64,000 bases of DNA, from the NCBI GenBank assembly GCA_051362555.1, contig CM120640.1, positions 63,776,788-63,840,787 on the forward strand. Direction: 5' to 3'. This document shows, one piece after another, positions 12,070 to 24,343 of this stretch; position 1 is the first letter of the stretch, and each line of letters begins with the position of its first letter. The stretch is from Lingula anatina (Eukaryota > Animalia > Brachiopoda). A program made the translations under genes and the position numbers. The notes beneath the pieces are model-generated. The model worked only from the letters and a program-made list of their open reading frames with translations, was not told the DNA's origin and did not search any database.

Positions 12070-13905
12070 ATTGGCCATGAAATGTGACTTTTGCAGCAAT
12101 CCCTTTTTCATCGGATCCATTTGGGACATGATAATTTGATGTTTGCTTTGAAGAGAGGTCCTAAGGGTATCAAGTCAACATCAAGTTCTGCCTCTTGAAG
12201 CACTGTTCTATTTACGAAAGACCGACTGAAGAAATTCATACGCATCATTAATCAGTTTTATACAGTTCAATTAAAAGTAATCCCAAACGCCCTTGTCTGA
12301 ATCATAGGAACGTAGCATTTTGAATAACGCACATCAAACTTGGAATCAATTCTACAATTTTGAATATTGCATAAAGACTAATGCAGCAAAACCCAATTAG
12401 GCCCCTCATTTATCATCGTAAAGATCATTTTCAGATGTAGAAGAAAATATAGTAAAGCAATAAGTATCGACAAGCACAATCCACGACAGTTGTTCCCATA
12501 CGATGTCCGAGCTAGACTTCGAAACAGAGACAAAAAAAGCACTTCGGGGAAAATTACATTAGTGCATTCAAACAACAAGAAGCGACGTTTTTAAAGCAGG
12601 GTAACTTTTAACTGAGATTCGATTTGTTATTCCATCTCAATCCAATATCCCTCAGGGATTAGACCAGTAAATTTGATCAGATCTGCAACTATGCTTCTTA
12701 GCACCGAAATCGAAGGGAAAGTGAATCATAATTGTCCACGAATGGGACTTGAACGTCTTCATTATAACAGTTAAACCATGTATTTTTGGCTTCTTTGTTA
12801 TTCAAATGAACAAATGGGTATACTTTTAGTAAGGCTAGACTTTTTTTGTAAAATTATAAAGTGCAATATCGATATTAATTAGTTCAATTACATGCGCCAT
12901 CGTAAATACTAAGGATTTTGTACATATATTTTTTGCCCGCGCGAATAGATTTAGAAAAAGACTTACTGTGCGTAACATAATTACCTCCCAGTTAGTGTCG
13001 GTTTAAGAAACACAAGACAAGAAACAGAGAAGACAATAAGCTAAATGTAAGTGGAATTTACATCTGTGTCTTGTTTAAGAATACACCAAAACATATTAGA
13101 TATATCGATCTCTTTTCTACCAAAACGTGGAGCCTTATCTACATTTATCACATTTCGGGAACATAAACGGCGTCCCTGGAGCTATTTTATATAAGTAAAC
13201 TGGATACAGAAATAAGATCTTACTGCGTTAAAATCGAATAGAACTATATAGTATAACTGAGCTCAGAATATGCAACTTAAAAAATTACTTCATACCTCTT
13301 ACGTCCAAGTTAACCAAATTGGGTTGACGTCAGGTGCGATGATATTTCCTAACAGAAAAGCTTATGAATGGATGTCTTAATAATGGTAACATTTAGTAAG
13401 ACTTTGAAAATATGTATTCTTCTAATAAAAAATTAAAATATCTTTATATCTATCACATAAAATAATTGTGCAAATTCTAAGGTTAGGGTTACTTTGTTCT
13501 TACTGAAAACTATTTCTTCCTACTTATATCATGACAGTTAGAAAATTACTAAAGCCACTTACACATATTTATATCCCTGCTACTGTATGTGCTGTTTTAT
13601 CGGGAAAATTTCTTCTGTGTTGCAAAGTATACTCGTATTTTAATAAAAGCAATCATAATGGAACCCTTAAAACACCTAAATCGTAATTTTAATATTTTTC
13701 CCGTTCACATCCTACTTTTATAAATGTGATAACTGTTTCCATGTTCAGTACTGACAAGTTTTAAAACAGCAATGTAAGTATTTCCCTATGTTATCTTTAA
13801 TTATAATGACAGATTTTCTCACTTTTTTGTACAGTCTTACCTTATTATGTTTTTGTCTTTTTATATCTTAAATGTTTACTTATAAAACACTTCTTACATT
13901 TTGAT

Positions 13906-14042
13906 CACACACACACACACACACGCACGCACGCACGCACGCACGCACCCACGCACACACACACACACACACACACGTGTAACACTCTTTTAAGCAAAGT
14001 TAAGTTTAACAAGAGAAATCGTGGGCAAGGGCTATTGTCTAC

Positions 14043-14111
<69 letters not shown>
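13906..14111. repeat. (CA)n/(CACG)n and (AT)n microsatellites downstream of the bHLH stop
   Basis: Direct inspection; these explain spurious YIYI/CVCV ORFs. Confidence 0.9.
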
Positions 14112-14114
<3 letters not shown>

Positions 14115-14326
14115 AAAAAGGGCCAAATTATAGCTGCTACTGAAATTAAAGCCTTGTTACATATTAACATAATTCTGATTATTAAACTATCATGACAAAA
14201 ATACAGAAGTAGGCAAAATATATAGCTATCCCGAAGATAACGCACATCCTTTACCATTTTCGCCTGGCTTGCGTTAATGTGCACGGACCATGCTCTATAA
14301 TAGAGTGTATTTCCAAGTTCGTTAGG

Positions 14327-15037
14327 TTATGATTTTGATGATGGTCCAGAGAAAACCAGTTTTCCCGAACGGCTTATCTCAGTCTTTGGCGGTGACGTTC
14401 GGCGAGTGGTGGACATTTGAGCGTGCGACGTGCCGTATGGCAAGTACGTGTCGTACGTCAACGTCGGGAACGGCGGTGGCGTTTGATTTAGAAAGATCAG
14501 CATTCGACGCATTTCCTCCAAAGCGTTGGCTTGCATCAGTATGTAGTTTTTAGCCAACAGTAACGTAGCAATCTTGGACAATTTTCGAACTGATGGCCCG
14601 TGAGCATAAGGTATGACTGATCGTAGCTCATCTAATGCATCATTGAGATCATGCATGCGCCGTCGCTCACGTGCGTTTATACTTAATCGTATATACTTTT
14701 GCTCCTTCCCCTTCCTTGGTGTCTTCATCTTAAAATTGCCGCCATTCTCTCTAGTCTGGGCTTCTTGGTCTTCAACATCAATCTGGTCCTCGTTCTCTTT
14801 CTTGGAAGATTTTGAAGAGGCACTGTCGTCACTTTGGCAAACGTCCTCAAGAATATGATCAGCGGAGACTACGTGGTCATCGTAATCATCATTGACACAA
14901 TCAATATGTTGTCTTTTCCTTGGGAAGTGGCCGTCATCCTCCAGGTGCAGATCACCACCATCACCTGTTGATAAAACTGGACAATGCTGCCCATCTAAAA
15001 GTGGGAAGGGACAATCTTGCCCACCTTCTCCTGACAT
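14327..15037 (-). CDS. BHLHE22: Beta3 / BHLHE22-BHLHE23 family neural bHLH transcription factor (single-exon CDS, ~236 aa)
   Basis: b[78 protein letters not shown] is near-identical to recalled BHLHE22/23 and Drosophila Oli. First true ATG is at 15037 (MSGEGG...); the ORF track start at 15148 is a TTG. Confidence 0.93.
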   Translation of the reverse strand: MSGEGGQDCPFPLLDGQHCPVLSTGDGGDLHLEDDGHFPRKRQHIDCVNDDYDDHVVSADHILEDVCQSDDSASSKSSKKENEDQIDVEDQEAQTRENGGNFKMKTPRKGKEQKYIRLSINARERRRMHDLNDALDELRSVIPYAHGPSVRKLSKIATLLLAKNYILMQANALEEMRRMLIFLNQTPPPFPTLTYDTYLPYGTSHAQMSTTRRTSPPKTEISRSGKLVFSGPSSKS

Positions 15038-15435
15038 GACTAGCAATAGGTGTAATGAAAAAAAGCTGACGCACCACTGGTCTTTTGAGATGTTTGTATT
15101 CAGAAAATAATCCCCTTTTTTGAACACTAGAAATAACTCTGTATACAAAATCGTCCGTGCGCTCTACTTTTCCCTTTATGGCCTTATTTAAGTGGAAGTT
15201 CAGTAATCCAAGTCTCAATAATTGCTCCTGACACTATGTCAAAAAACTTTTAAAACTTATATCCAGGTTACCAACTTTCGCATGTAGATACTGACGCTAA
15301 AAGTTTTAAAAGACATAGGCCAGACCAAGAGCGTTCTCGAAAAGTTGCAAGGATGGCTTGTTAATTCCTTCAGCTCGACCAATCAAAACATAATCTTCTG
15401 ATTATTTTCCTGTATCTCTGAGCAAATCGCGTTTG

Positions 15436-15470
15436 ATACTGATCAACGCGGCACCGAATGCAGTTTTATA
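15436..15470 (-). promoter_or_regulatory. Core promoter of the bHLH gene: TATA box plus initiator
   Basis: Minus-strand TATAAAA at 15470-15464 and Inr TCAGT with its A at 15440, i.e. canonical -30 spacing, about 400 nt upstream of the ATG. Confidence 0.65.
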
Positions 15471-18205
15471 TCTAATCCCATTTAGTGAATTGTGAGATCA
15501 ATACAAGTAAAGCCGTTTTGAGGAGCTTGGGCCCAGGAGGAGGGGCTATCCCACATCAATCGGTTGTTTAACAGGCGAGAAACTTTATGGCAGCGCTTCA
15601 AGACACCATGTTTTGATTAACGTTAACTTTTCGATTACCCCTTGAAATTTTAGCACACTCATGTTGATGACACCCAAAAAGTGTGAAAATTATACAGGTT
15701 TTAGTACTAAGAATGAAATAGAAATACCGGAACAAATAAGAGCACGATTCACGTATTTATTTATTTATTTATTTATCTTATTGTTTTTTTTAACTAACTT
15801 ATGCCTAATTACATGCAGAACTAGTAATACAAAAGTGAGGTAAGTGTCCGGCTGAGATCAACTGACGTGGTTGCGAAAATCAATCTCAAAAATATTTCCT
15901 CACATTGATATGAATAACAACTTTCACATCCTTTTCAATTTTTAATCCGTAGAAAACAGAACAACGTCCTTAAAGTGATGTTTATCTTTTTACAAAAAAA
16001 AAAAAAAAAAAAAAGCCAACGAAGGGATAGATGGATTGGACTTTTTTCTCTTTAAACAGGCTAGGTGTTGCTGATCGTGCTTTTCAAACTTATAGATGCT
16101 GTCTTTAATGCCGTTGTCTTTTTATTTTACATTTCCTTGATGGTTTGCTAAGACCACCGTAGTAGATAGAAGGACATGATAGGACAACAGCGAAGTGACA
16201 CAGTAGTTAATTTGGCTTGGCCTAAGCAAAGTAATTTGTCGTCAGTGACCCCGTATGTGCTTGGCAGCCCGGAAGATCTTGCCTTGGAAAAGCGTATTAA
16301 GAAATTAATGAATCGAGAATTATGACACGGCGCTTGACAAGTGTTATTATTCATGGCGAGTTCCCTGTCGTTGAATAACCAGCTTAAATCGCTGTATGTG
16401 TAAAAGTATATCCATAATGATGACATAAACACGGTTTCTAATCTCTAACTTCTGATATGAATAGCCAACGTGACGTACAATCCTTTTGCAGTGCGTCTAT
16501 TTCGTGTTGGGTTTATGATTGAAATTGAAATTTGGCAAAGTGCAGCGAGTCAGAAAAAGTAGGCAACTGAAGCAGCCGCGAGACCATCCAATGCAAAATC
16601 GCATTAAGGCTCTGATTGATCAGGAATTTACCACGACAAAGCTCAAAGCCTGATCAAGGCCCCGAAGACAAGAAATTGAAGAGTCCTCGAGGATTGTATT
16701 TGTCAAAGGTGACATCTGGCGAAGACGTGTGATTAAACACTTAATCAAATATTAAATTATTTTGCAAGAAGAAGTTTCAGACGATGATTGTGATTGACGA
16801 GATGCAGAATTGAGTGAGGAATTGGAGGCATTTGATTAACTCTGCCCGGGAGATTACGGCTTACTTTTGCATTGTGGAATTTTAAGCTGATTTTTAAAAG
16901 AAATGCTTTAAATTGGTTGGCGTCTAAAAAAGATATCATATACCTAAAGGAGACCAACAAACAAGTTACTTCTATTTGATTTTTTGGTGGACAGAGTATG
17001 TAACTTATCTAATTTATGCAATGTCTTAAGATTTTGACTATCCATATTTATTGCCAATTCAGAAACTGGAATTAATTAATTTGCAATATGAGAAGTCAAC
17101 ATATTTCAAAAAGAAGTCGGATTAATGATAAGATTCGAACTTGATCAATAGAATAATTCAATTATGCTAACCTGGACCTGGGCGAATGAGAGAAGTTGCA
17201 TTATTCATCTCGTCGATAATTAAAACGATAATCATGTGCCATATGTTAACGTGCTGACTTGACATCCGGGCGTGTTTGTGACGCTCTGCTAACTTAAAAA
17301 GAACGCACCAAGCGACTGGGAAAATGTTTGATTTAATTTGCACTAGAAAAAAGTTTTAGAGAAGTGATCAGATCGTTGGTATTTTTTACAGATATTTTCT
17401 AAATTCAATGACAAAGGAAAGATTGTAGTTTTTGTTTTAGTACATTTAATCGATTAACAGGCGGAAGTCTGCTTATCTTATATTAACGATATTATATGTT
17501 AATCAAAAGGAAGTAAAGAGTAATTTGAACACACTGATTTATTTAACATTAAATTTTCAATTTCATTTAAGTAGGACATGGCTCCTTGCTTTAAAAAATA
17601 AAAAATGAAGAAATTTCAGCCATTCCATGATAGAACCTGGTTTGACCATGATAGATTCGTGCTCTGCGACAACATAAGTATATCATTTTGAAGTTATGAC
17701 AGCTTTCTTAATTTAGTCCTGAAGACTGGAAGCGTGAAAAGCGGTTAGTTATAACACTGCAAACAGTCTGCCAATGATTCAAGACATTAATCCTTTCCGC
17801 ACTGACACAGTAATAAAAGGGAAGTGTTTTCTCATTACGCGTTTGGTTTTTTATCACGGGATGCCTGATTCTTGTCAACTTTTACTTGAATTGAAGACGG
17901 TTCATCGCTTGCAGGGTCACGTTATGCGGAGATTATGCGTGGGTAATCCCCACTCGAACTGGTGATGTCTGTTAGGGTAAGAGGGCGCCCCGCAAGGTAA
18001 GCTCTTTCTTACCTATGGGCACACTAACTCATTCTTCCACCTGCGCATACATACATACAGAGCATAAAAGTCTAAGTCTTATGGTTTGGCAGTATCTATG
18101 GTTGTTGTCCTTCATCTGCAGCAAAAATCGCACACACCCCACTTCAACTTTTTACTGCAGGGCTGGTATGGATTTATTCAATACCTGATTGCGTTCAGCG
18201 CGCGC

Positions 18206-18207
<2 letters not shown>

Positions 18208-18252
<45 letters not shown>
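18208..18252. repeat. (TG)n microsatellite
   Basis: Direct inspection. Confidence 0.9.
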
Positions 18253-18253
<1 letters not shown>

Positions 18254-19477
18254 TAATTTTCATTATTGATGAGCTCACTCGAAATTGGTTATGTACCACA
18301 AAAGCCTGCGTTTTTATCAAGAACCACAATCTTTTTTCTTCTTTTAATTTTTTTTATCTCTTCATAACTGGTATTTAAAGTATAATGTCTCTCTATATGT
18401 CTACGGAATATTTTGGTGGATTTTAAACTTTAAATAAATAAACGATTATATCGTATTATTACATCGATATGTGAGGTGATCGAAAGTCCTTTTCCTCTAC
18501 GGAAGAATACTTCATCTTCACCATCCGAAATACGCATCTGAAAATAGCATACGTACTGCATGTTTTCAATTTAACTACCACTGAGGCTCCCTTCAATTAA
18601 AATGTCTTTTGTCTAACTATGTAAGTATCAGTAGAAAACACATGCGACAGACTCCGCTTCTTTCTCTTACTTCACTTTGATTAATATAATTTTTACGTTT
18701 ATTTATACTTTGTTTCTCAGATGGAATATCATGGTATAATTCTACATGGAGATATATATAACTGCAGGCCTCTCGGCAGTGCAGCTATTTTCAAATTTGA
18801 TTAAAGCCTGTTAAGATGGCAATTGTTATGAATGTGTACTTCAATCAACTGGAGACTGTTTTCCGCATACCTGGATGATATGGAAAGAAACTTTACCATT
18901 TGTGCTCGGAAATTTAGGCTGATTGCAATGTAGTTATTAAATATTTTACTGACATATACATAGACACGAGCAGTGGCGGATCTAGGAAAGCAGGAAGAGA
19001 CGTGGGCGACAAAAAACAGTCCTTGGAAATTGCCTTTGATGAGGACAACTACTCTTCCGGAACACAAGGTATATTTTCTTTCTTCAGTAGTGAAAATTAA
19101 ACAAGTGCCAGTCATCGTTCCCTTAGAAAACGGCAACGATTTACTGAAACCACACGCTGATGCCTACTACATTGAGCTCACCAACCGCAATTCAGGGCTG
19201 CTTGCTTTATTGTTTAAAACGGTATAGAATATATATATCTAAAGGTCATGAACGAGGCCGTAAATCTTACGACTTTTTCCTGTTTTTGATAGTGTTAGAT
19301 GTCTTAAGATAATAAAGATAATCTAAGCACTTATGGCAAAGTAAACATAACGCTACAGCGAAGAGAAACAGTTTCTTAGAAATCCTAATAAGTGACGGAC
19401 TGTTATTTCTTTACATGTGCTTGATGGTTAAAAGTAAAAGTGTTGATCTTACCGATTTGCTTTCTATACAAAATATT

Positions 19478-19548
19478 GGGCTCGTCCGGGAGTTGAAACC
19501 TAGATCTCTCGCACCTAAGCGAGAATCATACTCTCAGACCAACAAACC
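19478..19548 (-). pseudogene. Degenerate tRNA-Pro(AGG) copy
   Basis: Reverse complement GGTTTGTTGGTCTGAGAGTATGATTCTCGCTTAGG-TGCGAGAGATCTAGGTTTCAACTCCCGGACGAGCCC aligns to the intact copies with a 1-nt anticodon-loop deletion, a broken T-stem/B-box (G53>T) and D-loop changes. Confidence 0.85.
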
Positions 19549-22062
19549 ACCCTTTCTCTAGATTTTTTAAGGTAGATACTATAACATTTCAAAATTTTTC
19601 CATTTATAATATTGTATTTTTGGAAGATAGTTCACAAAATTTTTGCTCTCCATTTCAACACTTTGGATTTTCTTTCTACTAGGTTGCCGCAAACTGACAT
19701 CACTTCTCGATGTGAATGTGTTTTATCAAAAGGAGATTTTTAAAAATTATTTTCCGGTTTTTCTTCTCGTCCGTGTTGTAAAGAGTAGCGGCAGATGTGC
19801 TCGACTGGACACTTTTTTGTGTAGAATATAAAATGTACCGTTAGTCTTTCCTTATCACCATCTCAGTTTTTAAGGGCAACCCAATGTTGGTTATTCTTGC
19901 ACACAGAAAAAAGCTAAATTGAAGAGGCATTGATGGTCCTTTTCACGAAGCCAAGACTTGGATATTTCGTCTTTTGTTTATCTTAGCAGTTCATTTGTAT
20001 ATTCCTTAGCTTATCATTGACTGGGAACACCGCATCAAAAGCCCGATGAATTATCGACTGGTGAAGGTGCTCTGCCTTCATGAATTTCATAAGTTCCTTA
20101 AATAAGATTAGCTGTCAGTTAAATAAATGGTAATTCACGCTGGCCCTCTCTCGTGGGTAAATGATCACCATGGAAACCGGTCTATTCATTTTACACATCA
20201 ATCAACTCGTATACAGAACTGGGTAATCGATCTGGGAGCGAACTGTTTGTGGCTGTGGCGCTGTAGATGGTTAGGAAATTTAAAGCGTTGATTATTTTTT
20301 GCAAGGAAAATTAGTACGAAACCCAAGGAGCGACTTAGCAAAGGAGTGGTTTTTCATACCTAACCGACGTTTCATTTTTTTTTTTTTTTTGCTATAGTCC
20401 TAAATATCCATATGCCTCTTTGCAGCTCCACAAATTGAAATGTTTGCACTATTTGTTTGGAAATAATATATTAATTGTAGATTTTTCAGGCGTACACATT
20501 ACGTAAATATCATAACTTAAAATTATTCAATGTTTATCACTAAACTGCTTCACTTCTTTTATCAGAGGGACCTTCAATAAATGCGACCGACATCGGCCAA
20601 ATTTCGAATATCATACTTGATTTTGTCCTACACGTATTGTTTTAATAAGTATGTCATATTATTTAAGTCGGTTTAGATCAAGGAGACATAAATGGTGTAA
20701 TTTGCTACTCGGGTAGCCAAGCGTTTAAATTGCGTTCATGTACAATAGTCGTATCAGAATCTCAGAATCCTTTCTTCCAGAATAAAAATCAACAAAAACA
20801 GCAGCATTAGAATTTTTCGTACACCGTTACTTAAGATATTATTTTAGAATTAATCAGCAAATTAGCAAAAGAAGAAAGATTACACCTTCCTTAACCATTT
20901 GATCAGGTTCATGTCTCATAATTATCACTCGTAGTCGTATTGTGCTCAACACGCGATAAGGCATAAACAGAAAGGGGATTTACAAACTATTGGTCACCGC
21001 TAACACACTGGCACATTCAATTAACACGTTGAAACAGTCACGTCCACCTGTCAGACTTTTGACCCTATGTCCAAGAAATACGTTTGTGGGTCCCATGATA
21101 AAATGAAAACATAAATGACAATTATCTATTACTTGGTCGCTTTCAAAAATGGTCTGACGATTCGTACAAAGTAGAAGCGCTGTTTTACATTTTGTTATCA
21201 GTTTTATTATTATTATTATAATTATTTTGCATTAGTTGCTGCATAATTTTACTTAAAGTATTAGCAAAAAGAATGTGACCAGTATCTATCATATGATACA
21301 ATATGCGAACAGTATAGTTTTGTCGAGAGAAAGAGAGAGAGAGAGGAATGCAAAATACTACATTTCAATAACATCCAAATAATTAGTATCGTTATTTGAT
21401 GCTAAAATTTTCATGAAAATATGATTCAAATTGAGAAAATGTGATAGTAGACGGTTCTTTAATGGTATTCGGAGGTAAATGCAAAACCTTTATAACCAGT
21501 TGTCTCGTGTTCTGACGGCACAGGTCTGGTTGTGGAAATGAGAAAAGGCTAATGACAAGGATATGTATGGCAATTCCATTAACACTACAGCGGGGCGAAG
21601 TACAGAAAGTGATTTTTCTCATATTAGTAGTTGGATACACGGTGTCATTATGGGCTGTAATCAATTCCCTTTCCCCACCTTTTATTTCAATCTTTAGCTT
21701 TCATTCATACCTGGATATACCACAGAAATACGTATCAAAACGTTTTACTAAAGAAATTCCATATTGTAAAATAAAAAGCATCAATTTATATGAACAAGCA
21801 CTCATGGAAGATCCTTTTTTATACATGATGCTCTGATTTGGTTTGCAAATACCTCGGCGCGCTGATACGTACATGTAGATTAAATTTCTCATATTTTCAG
21901 CGCTCTCAGAGGACATTGCGATTCGCACAATCATTTTACGTTAATGGTCATGCAGATTTTAAAAGTAGAATCCGTGCATAAGGCCTCGCTTCGAGGAATC
22001 CAGACTAAAGTGGCAGACACGTTATCGGGTTATCGAGAGGTCCATTTCATTACTTAAAATTC

Positions 22063-22508
22063 ATCAAAGTATCAGGATAATAAAACAAAAGTAATGCTAT
22101 GGAGTTATAAAGCCTGGTTTCATCCTCGAATGATTGAAGACAAGTGCATTTTTATTGCCGAGAAAAATCGATAGTATGTATCCGACCCGAGGTCGAAGTC
22201 GGCACACTGATGGCGGATTTGATTCCATTGATTTCACCGTTTTCCATGCCATGACAGTTCCGTGGCCATTGCTCTTCCATTTATTCGTACCTAAAGCTCC
22301 GTTCTCTTTCTTCTAAAATAATGATAATAAATATTGATGATAATAAAACAATAAACCAACTTTTGTTCTACAACGGTGCGTGATTTTCTGGTCCAAATAT
22401 GACTTAATCAATGACAGCATTTTACCTTTTACCTTCAAAAGGGTTCAAATAAATGCCAATGAAAGGAGAAGTTCCAGACCTTTTGTTTTATTATCCTGAT
22501 ACTTTGAT
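22063..22508. mobile_element. MITE-like element, ~446 bp, 29-bp perfect inverted repeats
   Basis: ATCAAAGTATCAGGATAATAAAACAAAAG (22063-22091) and its exact reverse complement (22480-22508). TSD unclear. Confidence 0.7.
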
Positions 22509-24095
22509 AAAGCACATGTATTGTTTCTAGGCCCCGAGATCCCCGATACTGACTGTTTTTGCATTTTATTCCATTAATAAAGAATTAGTCAGTGGTTTGT
22601 TTCACAAACATGCTTTCTGATATTTTCATCTCTCCCCTGAACCTAATACAACCATCGGCAAAAATTGCTAATCTGCGAAAAAAAGGAAGGAATAACATAC
22701 GACATATAGACCCGCTTGGCTGCGCCGCAGATAAATTGTGTCAAGGGTGCTTGTTTGTCTAAATGTTTGAGTTTCATTTCATAGGTTTCATTGTTACATT
22801 AAAATAAAAATGAGAAGCAACATTAAGATGTACACGACATGTCGCCATACATTTTTGTGAAAATCAAATTATTTGCGGTCTTTACATTTATATCGAGGAA
22901 ACATTATCATAGTTTTCAGAAAATCATGAAAAATCTGAAGAGCTAAATAGAAATTAGTCAGTCTGTGAAGTGTATACTTCTCTTGAAAAAAGAAACTAAG
23001 TAACAGCTTTGGTTGCAAATTAAAGCAGTATAGTAAGTTAATATGTTTCCGGCGATACGGAGCATTTCTAGGGTTCAACTTCATACAAAAATCACATGAA
23101 AATTTTAGAGTCTAATTTTTTCTTCACTAGGCTTATGTTCCATTAACAATGACCAGTAAATGACCCAGAATGCAGTTTCGCACGTTGTTATAAATGTATC
23201 TGTCAATCGCTTATAGTACTGTCCTTTTTCAGCCCAGTTCTAAATTGCATTAACTCGGTTTCACAGCTAACGACATGCAGTCGCACTTTGACTGAGTTTA
23301 TCTCAACTGTTAAATACTCCACTTTGCAATTGGCAGGAGCCAGGATTTCGAAACAATAGAATTAGGGAAGTTAAATAGGGACAAAAAGACAAGAAAACAT
23401 CTAATTTCAGAACCAACAATTTCCAACCTTAATTTGGGTGGGTTAAAAACACAACACAAGCTTTGCCTTCCCTGCAATTCAGATAAGTCATATGTTGTTA
23501 CATATACCAACCAGTTGTATATTTAAGCAATTGTTTTGTTGATCACTGATAAATAATAAGCGTGTTGTTTTTTCTATCAAGATGAATTTATTTAACATCC
23601 TCACTTCGATATTTCCAGTTCAGGACATCTGGTGTAAATAAAGAGCAGTAGCAAAGGAATACGAAATAGGTCGACTGAAATAAACCAGCTTGAGGAATTA
23701 CTTGAATGGGTGGGTTGGTGGCAATGATATAATTGCTGGACTTTAATGAAGAGATATCGGCACGCCAGTTACTTGTCTGTCTTTATCTATGGAAGTGTAA
23801 TTTTGAGAAAATTGGAAACGATCAAAATATTCAAACTTCTAATCCTGCTGAAATTTATTTTTCACATCACTGTGCAAACGAAATGGAAAGTTTTTCAATA
23901 TATCCATGAACGTCTTATCGAATACCCTTTAACAATTTGCACTTAATTTGCAATTTTGTAAAAATAACAAAATATTGCATTTCTTTATCATGCTGCGCGA
24001 TAACACATTGCATGAACCTGGTAGAAGTGCACATGAACCTTGCTTCCTTGTTTTTAAACTGAGGGCATGAAGCTTGAAAATAGCTTGTACAGCCT

Positions 24096-24343
24096 GGGTT
24101 CGGTTTCAAAAAGAACTTAAGTCCGAAAATTGGTTTAAACTTTTATACTTTAATTTAGTCTTCTTTCACCCTAGATAAAATGAAATAGTGCATGTTTTAA
24201 GACAGACATGGTTTATGTTTCAGACTAATGTTTAATTCATTATAGTGTACAACAATAGATTATCTTTCCCTGATGTAAGCAAAAATTTTGTCTAAATGTA
24301 TAAACCAATATTCGGGCTTAAGTTCTTTAGTGAAACCGCCCCC
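24096..24343. mobile_element. MITE (~250 bp) with ~45-bp imperfect TIRs, possibly PIF/Harbinger-type
   Basis: Left CGGTTTCA-AAAAGAACTTAAGTCCGAAAATTGGTTTAAAC versus right reverse complement CGGTTTCACTAAAGAACTTAAGCCCGAATATTGGTTTATAC. G-rich termini; superfamily is a guess. Confidence 0.7.

Noticed and set aside
15038-15148. N-terminal 37 aa of the 273-aa bHLH ORF
   Set aside because: Starts at TTG; the first ATG is at 15037, so this is most likely 5'UTR.
17930-18045. Possible decayed SINE-like repeat shared with ~31320-31390(-) and ~48960-49030
   Set aside because: Only patchy short matches by eye; cannot be supported without alignment.
18971-19227. ORF 18973-19227 beginning at CAGTGGCGGATCTAG
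   Set aside because: The start resembles a lone hAT-MITE terminus with no matching second TIR; the peptide is unrecognisable.
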